A DNA stretch of 63,868 nt, the filler included, from Octopus bimaculoides (lineage: Eukaryota): NCBI RefSeq assembly GCF_001194135.2. It is 5 parts of 5 records of this genome, joined end to end, with 100 filler letters (N's around TTAATTAATTAA, not from the genome) between each part and the next. Parts side by side here need not be neighbours in the genome. Positions count along the whole stretch, not along the records: positions 27,811 to 38,946 come from NC_068993.1; positions 39,047 to 62,124 come from NC_068991.1; 3 more parts are not named here. One strand, written 5' to 3'. Made by a program: the position numbers and the translations under genes. The notes below the pieces were generated by a model, which did not search any database, was not told where the DNA came from, and saw only the letters and a program-made list of their open reading frames with translations. Position 1 is the stretch's first letter, and each line of letters opens with the position of its first letter. Positions 37,166 through 49,530 of this stretch are shown here, piece after piece.

Positions 37166-37694
37166 CGTTTAGCTAATTGAACATATAAACATACATACAT
37201 ACATACATACATACANNNNNNNNNNNNNNNNNNNNNNNNNNNNNNNNNNNNNNNNNNNNNNNNNNNNNNNNNNNNNNNNNNNNNNNNNNNNNNNNNNNNN
37301 NNNNNNNNNNNNNNNNNNNNNNNNNNNNNNNNNNNNNNNNNNNNNNNNNNNNNNNNNNNNNNNNNNNNNNNNNNNNNNNNNNNNNNNNNNNNNNNNNNNN
37401 NNNNNNNNNNNNNNNNNNNNNNNNNNNNNNNNNNNNNNNNNNNNNNNNNNNNNNNNNNNNNNNNNNNNNNNNNNNNNNNNNNNNNNNNNNNNNNNNNNNN
37501 NNNNNNNNNNNNNNNNNNNNNNNNNNNNNNNNNNNNNNNNNNNNNNNNNNNNNNNNNNNNNNNNNNNNNNNNNNNNNNNNNNNNNNNNNNNNNNNNNNNN
37601 NNNNNNNNNNNNNNNNNNNNTGTGTGTGTGTGTGTGACGTAGTGGAAGGAATTAGTAGCAGGAATAGTTAGGGAGTGCTAGTGGACAATGGTCA

Positions 37695-38946
37695 GTGGAA
37701 GGTAAGCAGGCAGTATTTGAGTATGTGTGTGAGTGTGTGTTTGTATTGTGTGGGTGTGATTTCCTAGCAGTGTGTGCCTGTATTTTTTGTGTACGTGTGT
37801 GTATGTGTATATATATGTGCGTGTACGTGTGTGTGCATATGCGTGCGGTTTTGCTTTGTGGATCGCACGTGGGTTAATTCGTGTGTGTATGTGTGTGCGT
37901 GTATATGCGTACTATGTGTTCGTGTATGCGTCACTGTTTGTTGTGTGTGTATGTGAGTTATGTGTGGGTTCATTTGCGTGTGTACATGTATGTGCACATG
38001 GGTGTGTGTGTGTAGGAGTTGTGTGTAGGTTCATTTGCATGTGTGTGTAAGTGAGTTCGTTTCTACATGTTTGTGTATGTGCTTTGTATGTATGCGTGTG
38101 TATGTGCGTGTGTGTATGTATGTGTACTTGGGTGTGTGTGTGAGTGCGTGTTGTGTATGTGTAGGAATTATGTGCGGGTTCATTTGTATGTGTGTATATG
38201 TNNNNNNNNNNTGTTTGTGTGGGGTTGTAGGTGTTGGGTACGTGTGCGTGTGTGTGTGTGTCTGTATGTATGTGTGTGTGTATTTTGTGCGTGCGCGTGT
38301 GTGTATGTGTATGTTTTTGTGCGTGCGTGTGTGTTTGTATGTATGTGTATGTTGTGTATATGTGCGTTGTTGTGTACGTGTGTGCGCGTGCGTTTGCTTA
38401 TGTACGTGCGTGCAAGTGCGTGTGTTGTTTATGCCCATGTGTGTGTGATTGTATGCGTGTCTGTGTGAGTGTGTTGTGTTGGTGATAGGTGTGTGTGCGT
38501 GTGCGTGTGCGTGTGTGTATGTGTGTGTGTATATGTGAGTGTGCGTGTGTATGTGTATGTGGGTGTGAGCGTGTGTGTGTGTGTATGTGTGTGGATGTGT
38601 ATGTGTGTGTGGGATTGTGAGTGTTAGGTACGTGTGCGTGTGTGTGTATGTTGTGTATATGTGCGTTCCTGTGTTTGCTTACGTACGTGCGTGTAACTGC
38701 GTGTGTCATTTATACCCCATGTGTGTGTAGTTGCATGCGTGTTTGTGTGAGTGTGTGTTGTGTATGTGAGTGACTGTTGTGTATGTGAGAGGTGTGTGTG
38801 CATGTGTGTATGTGTGTACGTGTGTGTATGTGTGTATGTGTGTGTGTGTGTGTGTGTGTGCGTGCGTATGTGTGTGTGAGAGCGTAAAGATGTGTGCCAG
38901 GTATGTGTGTTTTATTGTGTGTGTGCACTCCTGTGTGTGTGTGTGC
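37695..38946. repeat. Long degenerate (GT)-rich repeat
   Basis: ~1.2 kb of interrupted TG dinucleotides. Confidence 0.9.
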
Positions 38947-39149
38947 NNNNNNNNNNNNNNNNNNNNNNNNNNNNNNNNNNNNNNNNNNNNTTAATTAATT
39001 AANNNNNNNNNNNNNNNNNNNNNNNNNNNNNNNNNNNNNNNNNNNNTATATGTACATATATACATATATTTATATATTATTGTGTTAGGGGAGAATCATT
39101 CTCTTTTAGTGCCTCATTATCTGACGCACTCACCGGTTTGATTTCCGGT

Positions 39150-40370
39150 TTGATGGTATTGAAACATCAGACGATGATGCTGACTGTCACGATAGTGCTA
39201 CTAAGGAAGATTACGTAGCTGATGACGATAGCTCTGAACCTCAGAAACTTTCCCAAACTGAACTGAATGACCTTGTTAGAGACCTATCCTTCTCAAAAGA
39301 TAAAACAGAACTGTTGGCATCTAGACTGAAGGAGAAGTATCTACTAGAGCACGGTATTCGTATAACTTATTTTCCGCAGAGAAATGTGGTTCTACAAACG
39401 TGTTTTTCTGTTGAAGTCCTGCTTTGCTTTTGCAGTAACATCGATGGACTTTTCGAATGTTTATCACAAAATCATGATCGTGGAGAGTGGCGTTTGTTTA
39501 TTGACTCTTCAAAACGAAGTTTAAAGGCTTTACTTCTCCATAATGGTAATTTCAAGCCCTCCGTTTCTGTTGCACACTCCGTTCATCTTCATGAATCATA
39601 TAAGAGTATGGAACTTTTACTTCATGTCATTGCCTATGAAAGATACTCATGGAAAACATGGAGAAATTTTTAATTCATTGGAATGTGAATGGGAATGCAA
39701 CCAGGTTTCACGAAATATTGTTGTTTCTTGTTTCTATGGAAAAGTCGGGCAATCGACAGACACTATTCGGAATCAAACTGGCAGACAAGAACATCATACC
39801 AGCCAGGACGTTTAGCGTCAAGAATACACCTCTTGTAGATCCATCTAATATCCTATGCCTCCTTTGCACATAAAGCTTGCACTGATGAGACAGTTTGTAA
39901 AGACACCATGAAAGAGAAATGCCAGAGGGTTTGAGTATATTGTAGAAAAATCTCCCAAAATCACACAGAAAAATCTCCCAAAATCACACAAGTTGAAAGA
40001 GGGTATCTTTGTCGGACCCCAAATTAGAGAAGTACTCAAAGATGTCAACTTCAAGACAACACTTGATGAATACAACTGCATGCTTGGCAAGCTTTCAATT
40101 GGATCTGTGAGGATTTCTTGGGCAACAAAAAGGCAATGGACTACAAAGATGGCATCAAGAATCTTCTGAAATGTTACTCAGCCATGGGTTGTCACATGTC
40201 ACTGAAAGTTCATTTCTTGGACTCCCATCTGGATTTCTTCGCAGATAGCCTTGGATGAACGTGGATGAACGTGGTGAAAGATTTCACCAGGACATTAGTG
40301 CTATGGAGAAACGGTACCAAAGCTTCTGGAGTGACAGTATGCTAGCTGACTATTGCTGAAAACTTTACCA
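39150..40370 (+). mobile_element. Chapaev3-like (CMC superfamily) transposase pseudogene
   Basis: ELNDLVRDLSFSKDKTELLASRLKEKYLL, EWRLFIDSSKRSLKALLLHNGN, PLHIKL.LMRQFVK, EGIFVGPQI, MSLKVHFLDSHLDFF, GERFHQDISAMEKRYQ, MLADYC. Multiple frameshifts. Confidence 0.82.
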
Positions 40371-40714
40371 TGATCAACCACATCAGGAACACCGCAGGAA
40401 ATCCAAATCACAATGTTTCTAACTGTTGTTCTAACTTTGTCTGTTTTGGCAGACGAATTTTTTGTGTATTCACTCTTTGTAGAATGATTTATAGAAAATG
40501 TGTAATTCAAAATATACTAAACTAAAAATTATATATTTACTTATTTAGCTAGTATTAATTAAAATTGATACCTGGTATTAGCTAAGGGAATATTTATGTT
40601 ATGGGACATTCTAATTTTACACTAATTTTTTAAAACTAAGTGTTGTATTATAGGTTTTAGAAGTTATTATTGTTACTCCATACATGATATTTATAGTTTC
40701 TTAGGGGTATTTAA

Positions 40715-40900
40715 TTAGAAAGGCTACTTATATAAAGGCCCTCATAAATATTAAGATCAGGAGGGTAGAGCACTTTAAGAACGGGATAAATCAAGTAACT
40801 TCTAAAGATCATTTCAAACAATATAGCCATATTGTATAAAGTTAAAATTTAGGGTTATCAAGAAGAGTTAGCATTGAGGTGAAAGAACAAATTAACTATA
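40715..40900 (+). mobile_element. Possible highly degenerate GIY-YIG (Penelope-like) remnant
   Basis: TYIKALINIKIRRVEHFKN...KDHFKQYSH...IEVKEQ loosely fits YIG.T...R..EH...H....H...KE. Confidence 0.3.
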
Positions 40901-41209
40901 AATTAATTAAATTATAATTTAAGCAATTTAATTTTAAGTTGTGAAGATACCCCTATTGTTTTATATAAGCTAAGTATGAATTTATAGGGGTACAAAAATT
41001 TAGGCTTATCTAAAGGCAATTATAAAGTATTATAAAGTATTAAAATGATCAGGTAGGGTAGAACACCATAGAAAAGGATATAAAATAGCTTAATCACTAA
41101 AAATAATGAAGTATATATACAACTTAGTAACATCAATAGAGAAGATTTATAGAAAATGTATAATTCAAGTATTTAAAACTAAAAATTGCTTATTTACTTT
41201 TTTAGCTAG

Positions 41210-41307
<98 letters not shown>

Positions 41308-41589
41308 TGTGTGTTTGTCCCCCCCCAACATCTCTTGACAACCGATGCTGGTGTGTTTATGTCCCCGTAACTTACGAGTTCGGCATAAGAGAACGATAAA
41401 ATAAGTACTAGGTTTACAAAAAATAAGTCCTGGGGTCGATTTGCTGGACTGAAGGCAGTGCTCCAGCATGGCTGCACTGAAATGACTGAAGCAACAATGA
41501 CCACAATAAAAACCGCAGTTACAACCACAATGTCAACAACACAAAGAACCTCTAACAGAAATTATGGAGTGTCTCATATGTAAGGCAGC

Positions 41590-41735
41590 ATCCTGAATAT
41601 ATTGTGGATTTCCCAACCACTTGGTACCAGGTTCAGTCCCACTGCATGGCACCTTGGGCAAGTGTCATCAACTATATAGCCTCAGGCCAAAGCCTTCTGA
41701 GTGGATTTGATAGACGGCAACTGAAAGAAGCCTGT

Positions 41736-41785
<50 letters not shown>

Positions 41786-41940
41786 CTTGTATTTGAGGAC
41801 GTCCCCCACCGGCGCTTGACAATCTGTGTTGTGTTTACGTCCCCGTAACCTAACAGTTCGGCAAAAGCGACCGATAACATAAGTACTACATTTAAGCAAA
41901 AAATTCTTCAAGGCGTTGCCTTAGCATGGCCGCAGACGAC
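41590..41940 (+). mobile_element. CORE-like SINE with internal microsatellite
   Basis: ccaaccac..ggttcagtcccactgcatggcaccttgggcaagtg...gacggcaactgaaagaagcc-(GT)n-cttgacaa...gtttacgtccccgtaac...agcatggccgcag. Related pieces at ~130-430, 830-970 (-), 11185-11330, 11900-12055, 29790-29950 (-), 30540-30690 (-), 41320-41500 and 57850-58030. Confidence 0.75.
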
Positions 41941-41954
41941 ATTAGAAACTACAG

Positions 41955-42720
41955 CTCACAGCAACTACAACAACAATAATAATGATGACAAGAACAACAA
42001 CTCTATAGCCACATTAACAGCAGTTGCAATAACGCCCGGTTCTAGAAAATATTATGCAAGAAAAAAAGCAAGAATTATATCTAGGATATAATAAATCTAA
42101 TGATAAATGACAAATATCATAGAAACTTACGATCATAGAAACCAAAGGAACATATAAACTTTTGTAGCAACCAGCGCTGCAAACACTACAAAAATAACAA
42201 TGGAAGCTCTACCACAACCATCGCCAACAACAGCACTGCTGCAGCACAAAACGCCAATACTTATACAGCTACGACGACCACTAACAATAACATCAACGAC
42301 AAGTACACTGTTACAACTACTAACAACAACAAAAATACTACAACCAACACCAACAACAACAGCAACACTATTGCAACTACTGGAATCACCATCACAGATG
42401 TTATTTCAAATGCTACTAACACCAACAGTAACAATGCTACTACAACAACCATTACTTACACTACTACTAGCAGCTATACTACAACCATCACTGCGACTGC
42501 TACTGCCACGACTAATACTGCTACAAGTACGACTACTTTTACTGCCTGTTACAATAATATTATTACTATTACTTTCACTACCAGCAACAACGCTGCTGCA
42601 ACTACAACGACCACCACAGCAACAACCACTACCATTCCAACTACAACTATCACTACAACTTCCACTATCATTACTACTACCACTACTGCTTTCACTATCT
42701 CTAGAAATAGCAACGAAATG
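41955..42720. repeat. Degenerate (ACN)n trinucleotide low-complexity tract
   Basis: 3-bp periodic aca/act/aac sequence, which explains ORF 42200-42727. Confidence 0.8.
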
Positions 42721-42875
42721 TACTTAAATTAACATCCTACTGTTTCATTAAAAGGGATCCAGAGAATGTAATCCTTAACAGATGGTACAAAAATAAATAA
42801 AAGAAAACGGAGACGAGGTAAAAAAAAAAAAAAATGAAACCGGGTATATTAGGCTTAAGCTTAGAAAAATTGGAA

Positions 42876-42915
42876 GTTTTTTACGTTTCGAGCACACGCT
42901 CTTCTACAGAGAGAA
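42876..42915 (-). ncRNA. Hammerhead-like motif with variant core (CUGUAGA)
   Basis: Minus strand CTGTAGA-A-GAGC-gtgt-GCTC-GAAACGT-A. Stem I is weak. Confidence 0.5.
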
Positions 42916-43508
42916 GAACGAGGAAAGAAAAAAATGGAGGAAAAAAACAAACGTATTTCAGTTGGACGGTCACCACATGAAATAGGGAAACAAATTGGTT
43001 ATAGTTGGAACTTTTGGATCATTAGTTTATTCAATCAGAGCTGACAGAACTAAACAACAACAATGATGATGACAACAACTACGACGACGACGAAGACGGC
43101 AGTAACAATAAAAAGACCAAGAAACTAGCACAAACAATGAAATATTACATTATGGAATGTCTTATCAGAGATGTCTTCGTTTTGGTTATCGACAAATAGC
43201 AACTTAAATTCTTGCTTTTGCTTGTTTCTGTTTTATCTCTGATAAGTTCTTGAAAAATGGCCAGACTGTGATGAGATCCTGGTAGTTTATTCAAAAGCAA
43301 AGATTTCCTTTTATTTATTTTATAGATTTATTTATTTACTTATTTATTTTTGCAAACTTTCTAAATGCCAAACATCACTTTACAATATGAGATGAATTTT
43401 CTGACTGGATGAATGTACATGTACTTAGAACTTCGGAGAATCTTGAAGAAAACAGCATGAGATATAAAAGAGTGATGCTATACTGAAGAACTAAAAATAT
43501 ATGATGAC

Positions 43509-43619
<111 letters not shown>

Positions 43620-44970
43620 AAGAAGAAGAAGAAGAAGAAGAAGAATCTTTCTCTGTCTCCATCCCTCTCTCTCCCTCCTTCTCTCTCTCTCTCTCTCCCT
43701 CTCTTTGTCATTCTCTCTTTCTCCACACCAGTCTATATCTGTATAACTATAGCTATAGAATCTACTGATAGCCACAAACTACAACAGATCTTTGTTACTT
43801 ACATCCTACTTTTCAAAAGATCCAGAGAAAATTATGTGCAACAAGAATCTAAAGCAATATAAAATTTCAATTGCAGATGGAATGGAAAGGTTAATAATTT
43901 ATTGCCCTCATGGGAGGTTGTTTTAAGAACAACAGATAATATGGTTTCCATCTTGATAAAAAAAAAATGCCGAACATAATTCTACAACGATGTAACTCAG
44001 TTCTGAAAAGTTTGTTATCTAGATCAAAAGTTAACTGTATCCGTTGGTTTTCTCAAAATATTTAGTAGATCAACCAAGAAATTTTATGTCACAGACTAAC
44101 AAACTGAAGACGTTGGTGTAACATGGAGGTTAAGTTTTGGGTTTCCCAGCCAAAGAAACCTATTCTAAAGTACCACAAACTACAGTTTTGGTTCTTCTTT
44201 TGTTTACTTGCAGTCAAATATATGCAATCAGTTTCTCCCAGCAGCTTTGTGCGCGACACGGAAGTTATGATAGAAATGAAAGCAAATGCACCTGTACTCT
44301 TCTCAAATCATATTGAAGTCATAAACAATGCGTAAATATATCAATATGGCGCTTAACAGCCACAGAATTCCAAGTCCTTCGTTATAGACAAAAAGAAAAT
44401 CATCCTCCTCCACACCCATTATGACACAACTCGAAATGTTCTTTCTTGCTTGAAAATAAGTTTGTCTCCTGGACATAGTTCTATCTATGAACGCCTGTTT
44501 CTTCAGACATATACTAAAAGAATGTCACCTACTAATGGAGAACTCAGAAGTTGATACCGAGAGACCCGATAGTGTTATTGTTGTCATTTCGAAATATTCT
44601 TCTATTGCCCGTATGTTGTACCTTCATCCAACGAAAGGTAATGCACAAAACTATAGAGTCTTTTGATGTTGTGTCAAACCAATCGTTTCACATGTGAATT
44701 GTTTACAGCGGTCACTTCTTCGGTCATCACTACACTTAGGCCTAAACTACTGTTGACAGCATTAGGTAACATATACCATTATTTATATAAGGAAGATCAT
44801 GTATGTGTGTGTATATATATATACATAATTATAACAAAGGCTGGGCTTGTGCCTCACCTCGCATTGAAAAATAGACGTCAAAAGACACTATTACCACCAT
44901 TAATTCTCCGAGAAAAACACACTACATAATAAGCTAGCAGAAGAAAGAAAATGAATTAAAACTTTGATAA

Positions 44971-45040
44971 ACCGCGTACATGATTGTGTTTCGGGCTTAA
45001 AGTAATAAAAACATTACCTATTGCCTTCATCAGCGTCGTT
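44971..45040 (-). ncRNA. Type-I hammerhead, left arm of fold-back element
   Basis: Minus strand GACG-CTGATGA-AGGC...GCCC-GAAAC-ACAATCAT-GTA-CGCGGT. Confidence 0.72.
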
Positions 45041-45203
45041 ATTCCAAGACAGAATTGATCTTTAACACACTGCACGTAGCTATAAGAGAAGGATATGAAT
45101 TCTACTTCGCAGCATATCTCGCAGAGTCTCGACGGATATAAGTAAAGCGAAGACGCAGCACGCTTACATATCTGTGGTCACTCGTATATTTATGCCTTGG
45201 AAT

Positions 45204-45273
45204 ACCGACGCTGATGAAGCCAATAGGTAATGTTTTTATTACTTTAAGCCCGAAACACGATCATGTACGCGGT
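45204..45273 (+). ncRNA. Type-I hammerhead, right arm of fold-back element
   Basis: Stem I ACCG(A)CG/CGCGGT, CTGATGA at 45211-45217, GAAAC at 45252-45256, near-palindrome ACACGATCATGT, GUA triplet, predicted cut after 45267. Confidence 0.78.
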
Positions 45274-45509
45274 TAACCAAAGTTTTAATTCATTTTCTTT
45301 CTTTTGCTAGCCTATTATGTCGTGTGCTTTTCTCTGAGAATTTATGGTGGTAATAGTGTCTTTTGACGTCTATTTTTCAGTGCGTGGTGAGGCACAAACC
45401 AAGTCCTTGTTATAATTATGTATATAATTATAAAACATTTATAAAATTTACGTATGAGGTTTTATTTCCACGCTGACCACATGGTAAAAATCATTAATGA
45501 TTTTTACCC

Positions 45510-45554
<45 letters not shown>

Positions 45555-45932
45555 NNNNNNNNNNNNNNNNNNNNNNNNNNNNNNNNNNNNNNNNNNNNNN
45601 NNNNNNNNNNNNNNNNNNNNNNNNNNNNNNNNNNNNNNNNNNNNNNNNNNNNNNNNNNNNNNNNNNNNNNNNNNNNNNNNNNNNNNNNNNNNNNNNNNNN
45701 NNNNNNNNNNNNNNNNNNNNNNNNNNNNNNNNNNNNNNNNNNNNNNNNNNNNNNNNNNNNNNNNNNNNNNNNNNNNNNNNNNNNNNNNNNNNNNNNNNNN
45801 NNNNNNNNNNNNNNNNNNNNNNNNNNNNNNNNNNNNNNNNNNNNNNNNNNNNNNNNNNNNNNNNNNNNNNNNNNNNNNNNNNNNNNNNNNNNNNNNNNNN
45901 NNNNNNNNNNNNNNAGATAGATAGAGAGATAC

Positions 45933-45963
<31 letters not shown>

Positions 45964-46084
45964 CACATATATACAAACATACATACATACATGCATACAT
46001 ACATACATACATACATACATACATACATACATGCATGCATACATACTGCATGCATTGATGCTGTGACTAAAGCCAGAATAACAA

Positions 46085-46575
46085 AAGTGTACTGCAGACG
46101 CCGGAAAATATATAACTCAGTGCTGTCGGCATTTAACATGTCAGGGCCAGCAGGTATTCATACCTTTAAAAAAAAAAAACAAGGAATATTGGTAGAACAA
46201 CCGAATAATAAAAAATCAATTCGGTGCAAACATGACAGACCTGATATTGTTCTACAGGACAGGGAACAAAAGGCATGCACTGTTGTAGCGATTAGGTTCC
46301 CAGCAGACATGAATGTACAATCAAAAGTCCAGGAAAAAGAGAACATTTATGGCGAATTAATGCGGGACTTAACAGCTCTTGTACTCTATCTATGAGTTCT
46401 CATTTGTAATCATCATGCTAGGTGCAATAGGTCATGTACCAACAAATCTGCACAAAAACCTAGAAGCACCTAGTTTCACGGGAAAAGTGCAGAGGAAACT
46501 AACGCAGGTTCTCCAAATCCAATCTATTAGTGGCAGGGGAAAGATTTGTAAGACATTCCAAGAATTCTCGATGTG
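46085..46575 (+). mobile_element. RLE-type non-LTR retrotransposon endonuclease remnant
   Basis: KHDRPDIVLQDREQKACTVVAIRFPADMNV..K..EK..IY...IIMLGAIG. Confidence 0.75.
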
Positions 46576-46990
46576 GGATTTTTATGAGAATAGATGCACA
46601 TACTTGGATGTATGCATCAACAGTTCAGCCAACAGACCAACCCAACCACATATCCACATATACCGGGAACTCTCTTAACTCAAAAAGTCATGTTGCTTTG
46701 CTAGAAACCAGCTTGAACTCGCTCAAGAAGAACTTAAATTAAACTCAGAGAAAAATCATACGTACATAAATGCATACAGACATAAATACATGCATACATA
46801 TATAAATATATACATACATGAATAAACACATACACACACACATACATAAATACATACATAAATGCATAGAGACATAAATACATGCATACATACTTTCATA
46901 TATACATATACGTATATACAATCATACATATATATACAAATACACATACATAACATATTCATGATATAACATTTATCAAATTATCTAAAA

Positions 46991-47257
46991 TCACGGGTAA
47001 GGATCTTTTGGCCATCCAAGTTGCTTTTCAAATGTTACTTTGTAGCGTCGTTCCCACAAATACGCTGGATATTGAGTCTTTAGATATTCTTGTCCTGATT
47101 TCCATCCTATCATTCCAGAAGCTGTTTTAGGTATTGGACCAGAATTGAGCGCTTTTCGTTCTTTGTTGTCTTCAGGGACAGAGATATTCTTCAGTTTGTC
47201 GATTTGTTGCTGTATACGATCTTTATTCTCTTTAATAACTGCCATTTCTTCCGAAAG
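46991..47257 (-). CDS. CIMIP1: Terminal coding exon of a C20orf85/CIMIP1 (LLC1-family) ciliary microtubule inner protein-like gene
   Basis: Minus-strand acceptor tttttgtttttgaacag|. Translates LSEEMAVIKENKDRIQQQIDKLKNISVPEDNKERKALNSGPIPKTASGMIGWKSGQEYLKTQYPAYLWERRYKVTFEKQLGWPKDPYP*. PIPKTASGMIGWKS...F.++L.WPK resembles recalled human C20orf85 PVPQTTQGFIGWRS...FARELCWPK. Confidence 0.72.
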   Translation of the reverse strand, partial: LSEEMAVIKENKDRIQQQIDKLKNISVPEDNKERKALNSGPIPKTASGMIGWKSGQEYLKTQYPAYLWERRYKVTFEKQLGWPKDPYP

Positions 47258-47638
47258 CTGTTCAAAAACAAAAACATTATTAAGTGCGAAATAAAATGGA
47301 AACAGAAGCGAAAGTATTAATAAGTTGAGGTATTTTCCAACCTGCTAATTCAAGAGGTGAGAGAGCTGGAATGCATACCGTGTCCAAGAGAACTGTTACA
47401 TAAACATTTTTATAAACCCAAGGTTGTAATGACAGAAAGGAAATGATGACACTTATTTTTTAGTACTAAAACATTAAGAAATTTAAGAGTATTCGTTATC
47501 TACATGATATTTTTAAATGTATAGGGAATAATTTTGGCTGTCAACCCGAAGCTCATTTAAAATGTTAAGCATGAAAAAGTGTACATTATTTACATTATTT
47601 ACAATTGACGGATATTTGTCCTCATTTTGTTTGTTGCT

Positions 47639-47684
47639 AACACAATGTTTCGGCTGATATACCCTCCAGCCTTCATCAGGGGTC
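47639..47684 (-). ncRNA. Decayed hammerhead, left arm of fold-back element
   Basis: Minus strand GACCC-CTGATGA-A-GGCTG...CAGCC-GAAAC-ATT-GTGTT. Helix III palindrome broken and stem I mismatched. Confidence 0.6.
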
Positions 47685-47740
47685 TTGGGGAAAATTCGAG
47701 TTCGATTTCAGGTAGTGACCTGAATAGTAATAATAATAAC

Positions 47741-47784
<44 letters not shown>

Positions 47785-47845
47785 TAATAATAATAACGTC
47801 GAAAAACACCTTAGGAATGAGAACCCACGTTCGAAATGTCCCCAA

Positions 47846-47891
47846 GACACCTGATGAAGGCTGGAGGGTATATCAGCCGAAACGTTGTGTT
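47846..47891 (+). ncRNA. Minimal (dimer-type) type-I hammerhead, right arm
   Basis: Stem I GACAC/GTGTT, CTGATGA at 47851-47857, stem II GGCTG/CAGCC, GAA-ACGT (loop-less palindrome), GUU triplet. Confidence 0.75.
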
Positions 47892-49469
47892 AACAACTAA
47901 CAAGATGAGGACAAATATCCGTCAATTGTAAATAATATAAATAATATACATAATTCCTCATCTCTTAAATATAGAACTGTATGAAAACGTGTATATGGCT
48001 TAGGGTGAGTAAATATAATTTTGGGTGTCTCTGTGAGTTTTGTCGTGGCACTTCTCATTGGATGACTACTGCCACTTCCGCTGCATTCAGTTTAACTTTG
48101 GCCTTCTTTGTCCCTAGCACATGTAGGAGACAGACGGTTAGAGCAGGCTTCCCACTGTGTAGAAATGTTAATTTTGTTGGGATTATTAAAATATTTATTT
48201 AGTTATTCGATTTCATTTTATAAGTTATCAAGGATGTTTGGGTTGCGTTTTGTCACTGTAGGTTGTAACTCATTCAGCAGTCATAACTGATTTAGAATTG
48301 TGTGAACTTGGACATCAAGTAATCTCATAACTGGTTTGTACATGCTATTCATTGGTCATAACTGTTTGTTTCTAAGTATACCCATGGAACTCCTATTTGT
48401 GATCGTGGTGCATCTTTGTTAATTAGTTTAATCTATGTTATTCGTATTTATTTCCCTTTTTAGTCTATTCTTTATATGTGTTAATTATTGTTAATTGAAT
48501 GTTTGACTTCGATAATTATAAATAATCTAATTGAATTGTTTAAAAATGTAATCGAGTTATAGAGGGTTAAGTTTGTAAATTAATTATAGTTTGTATCCGG
48601 GTAAAAAAAAAACTTAGGTTTGTATTTTCTTAGGCAGCCTTAGAATATATGTTTGTTACGGAGTTTCACTCTGACGGAAGTAGTGATACTTCCTATATGT
48701 GTCGAAATCATGTTATATCCGTTATATTCCTTAAACTACGTGCGAAATATGACTTACTTCGTTAACTTACAATACAAGATGTATGTGTTATACATACACA
48801 CACACACATACACAAATAAATATGCATGAGGGTGTAGGTGGGGTGTTATGTCCTAGTGGACAGTTATTGAAAGGGCGATAATCATTTCTTCATAGTTTTT
48901 GATGGGATTAGAAATTTGAATTTGAAGTTAAGGAATCATATGGGAAAAGATGCATAACATAGACATAGTTTTAATCATTGCTTACATATTAAGAAATTCA
49001 TAAAATTTCTAGTCTGTGGTAATTATGTATAGTACTGCTTTATTCTTTTTAGAAACTGCCAGCACGATATAAACTAGAATTCACTAATTTACAATTTTAT
49101 GGAGTGAGAGATTTCTTATAGAAGAAAAATAATTATAGAGTGGAAGAAATTCATGGAATGTATTTTTATTTCGTTTTACGTCATAGAGAGTTTCAAAAGT
49201 TCAGCAATCGAGAGAGAAAAGAAAGTTGTTGATGTCTGCACCGGAAATTCTACCTTGTAAATGGAACTTATAGTAGTTAATAATCATAATTTTAATTCCA
49301 AACAAAATTCACAAGCAGTGTTTGATATATTCTTTGAGGTGTAGATATTGATTTCAAACTGGTTCGTAGGAGGAATCAGTGGTACTCAAACATTTTCCTC
49401 CCTATGGGCCCCTTTGATTGCTGTTTTAATCAACTGGACCTCCATAGGAATTCAATCTATCTATATAAA

Positions 49470-49530
<61 letters not shown>

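Larger units (their letters stand above)
44821..45423. mobile_element. Fold-back element (probable inverted Penelope pseudo-LTRs)
   Basis: ~228-bp arms 44821-45049 and 45196-45423, each with a hammerhead, separated by a ~146-bp spacer. Confidence 0.8.
47581..47949. mobile_element. Fold-back element (probable inverted Penelope pseudo-LTRs) with (TAA)n spacer
   Basis: ~118-bp arms 47581-47697 and 47830-47949, each with a hammerhead. Confidence 0.8.

Noticed and set aside
40486-41215. Nuclear mitochondrial insertion (very AT-rich)
   Set aside because: No recognisable rRNA, tRNA or mitochondrial protein motif.
42200-42727. 175-aa L/Q/T/P-rich ORF (mucin-like in other frames)
   Set aside because: It lies wholly in a degenerate ACN trinucleotide tract, with no splice context or domain.
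44395-44560. Possible mariner C-terminal remnant (IILLH...SP...LF)
   Set aside because: Similarity is too weak to support without a profile search.
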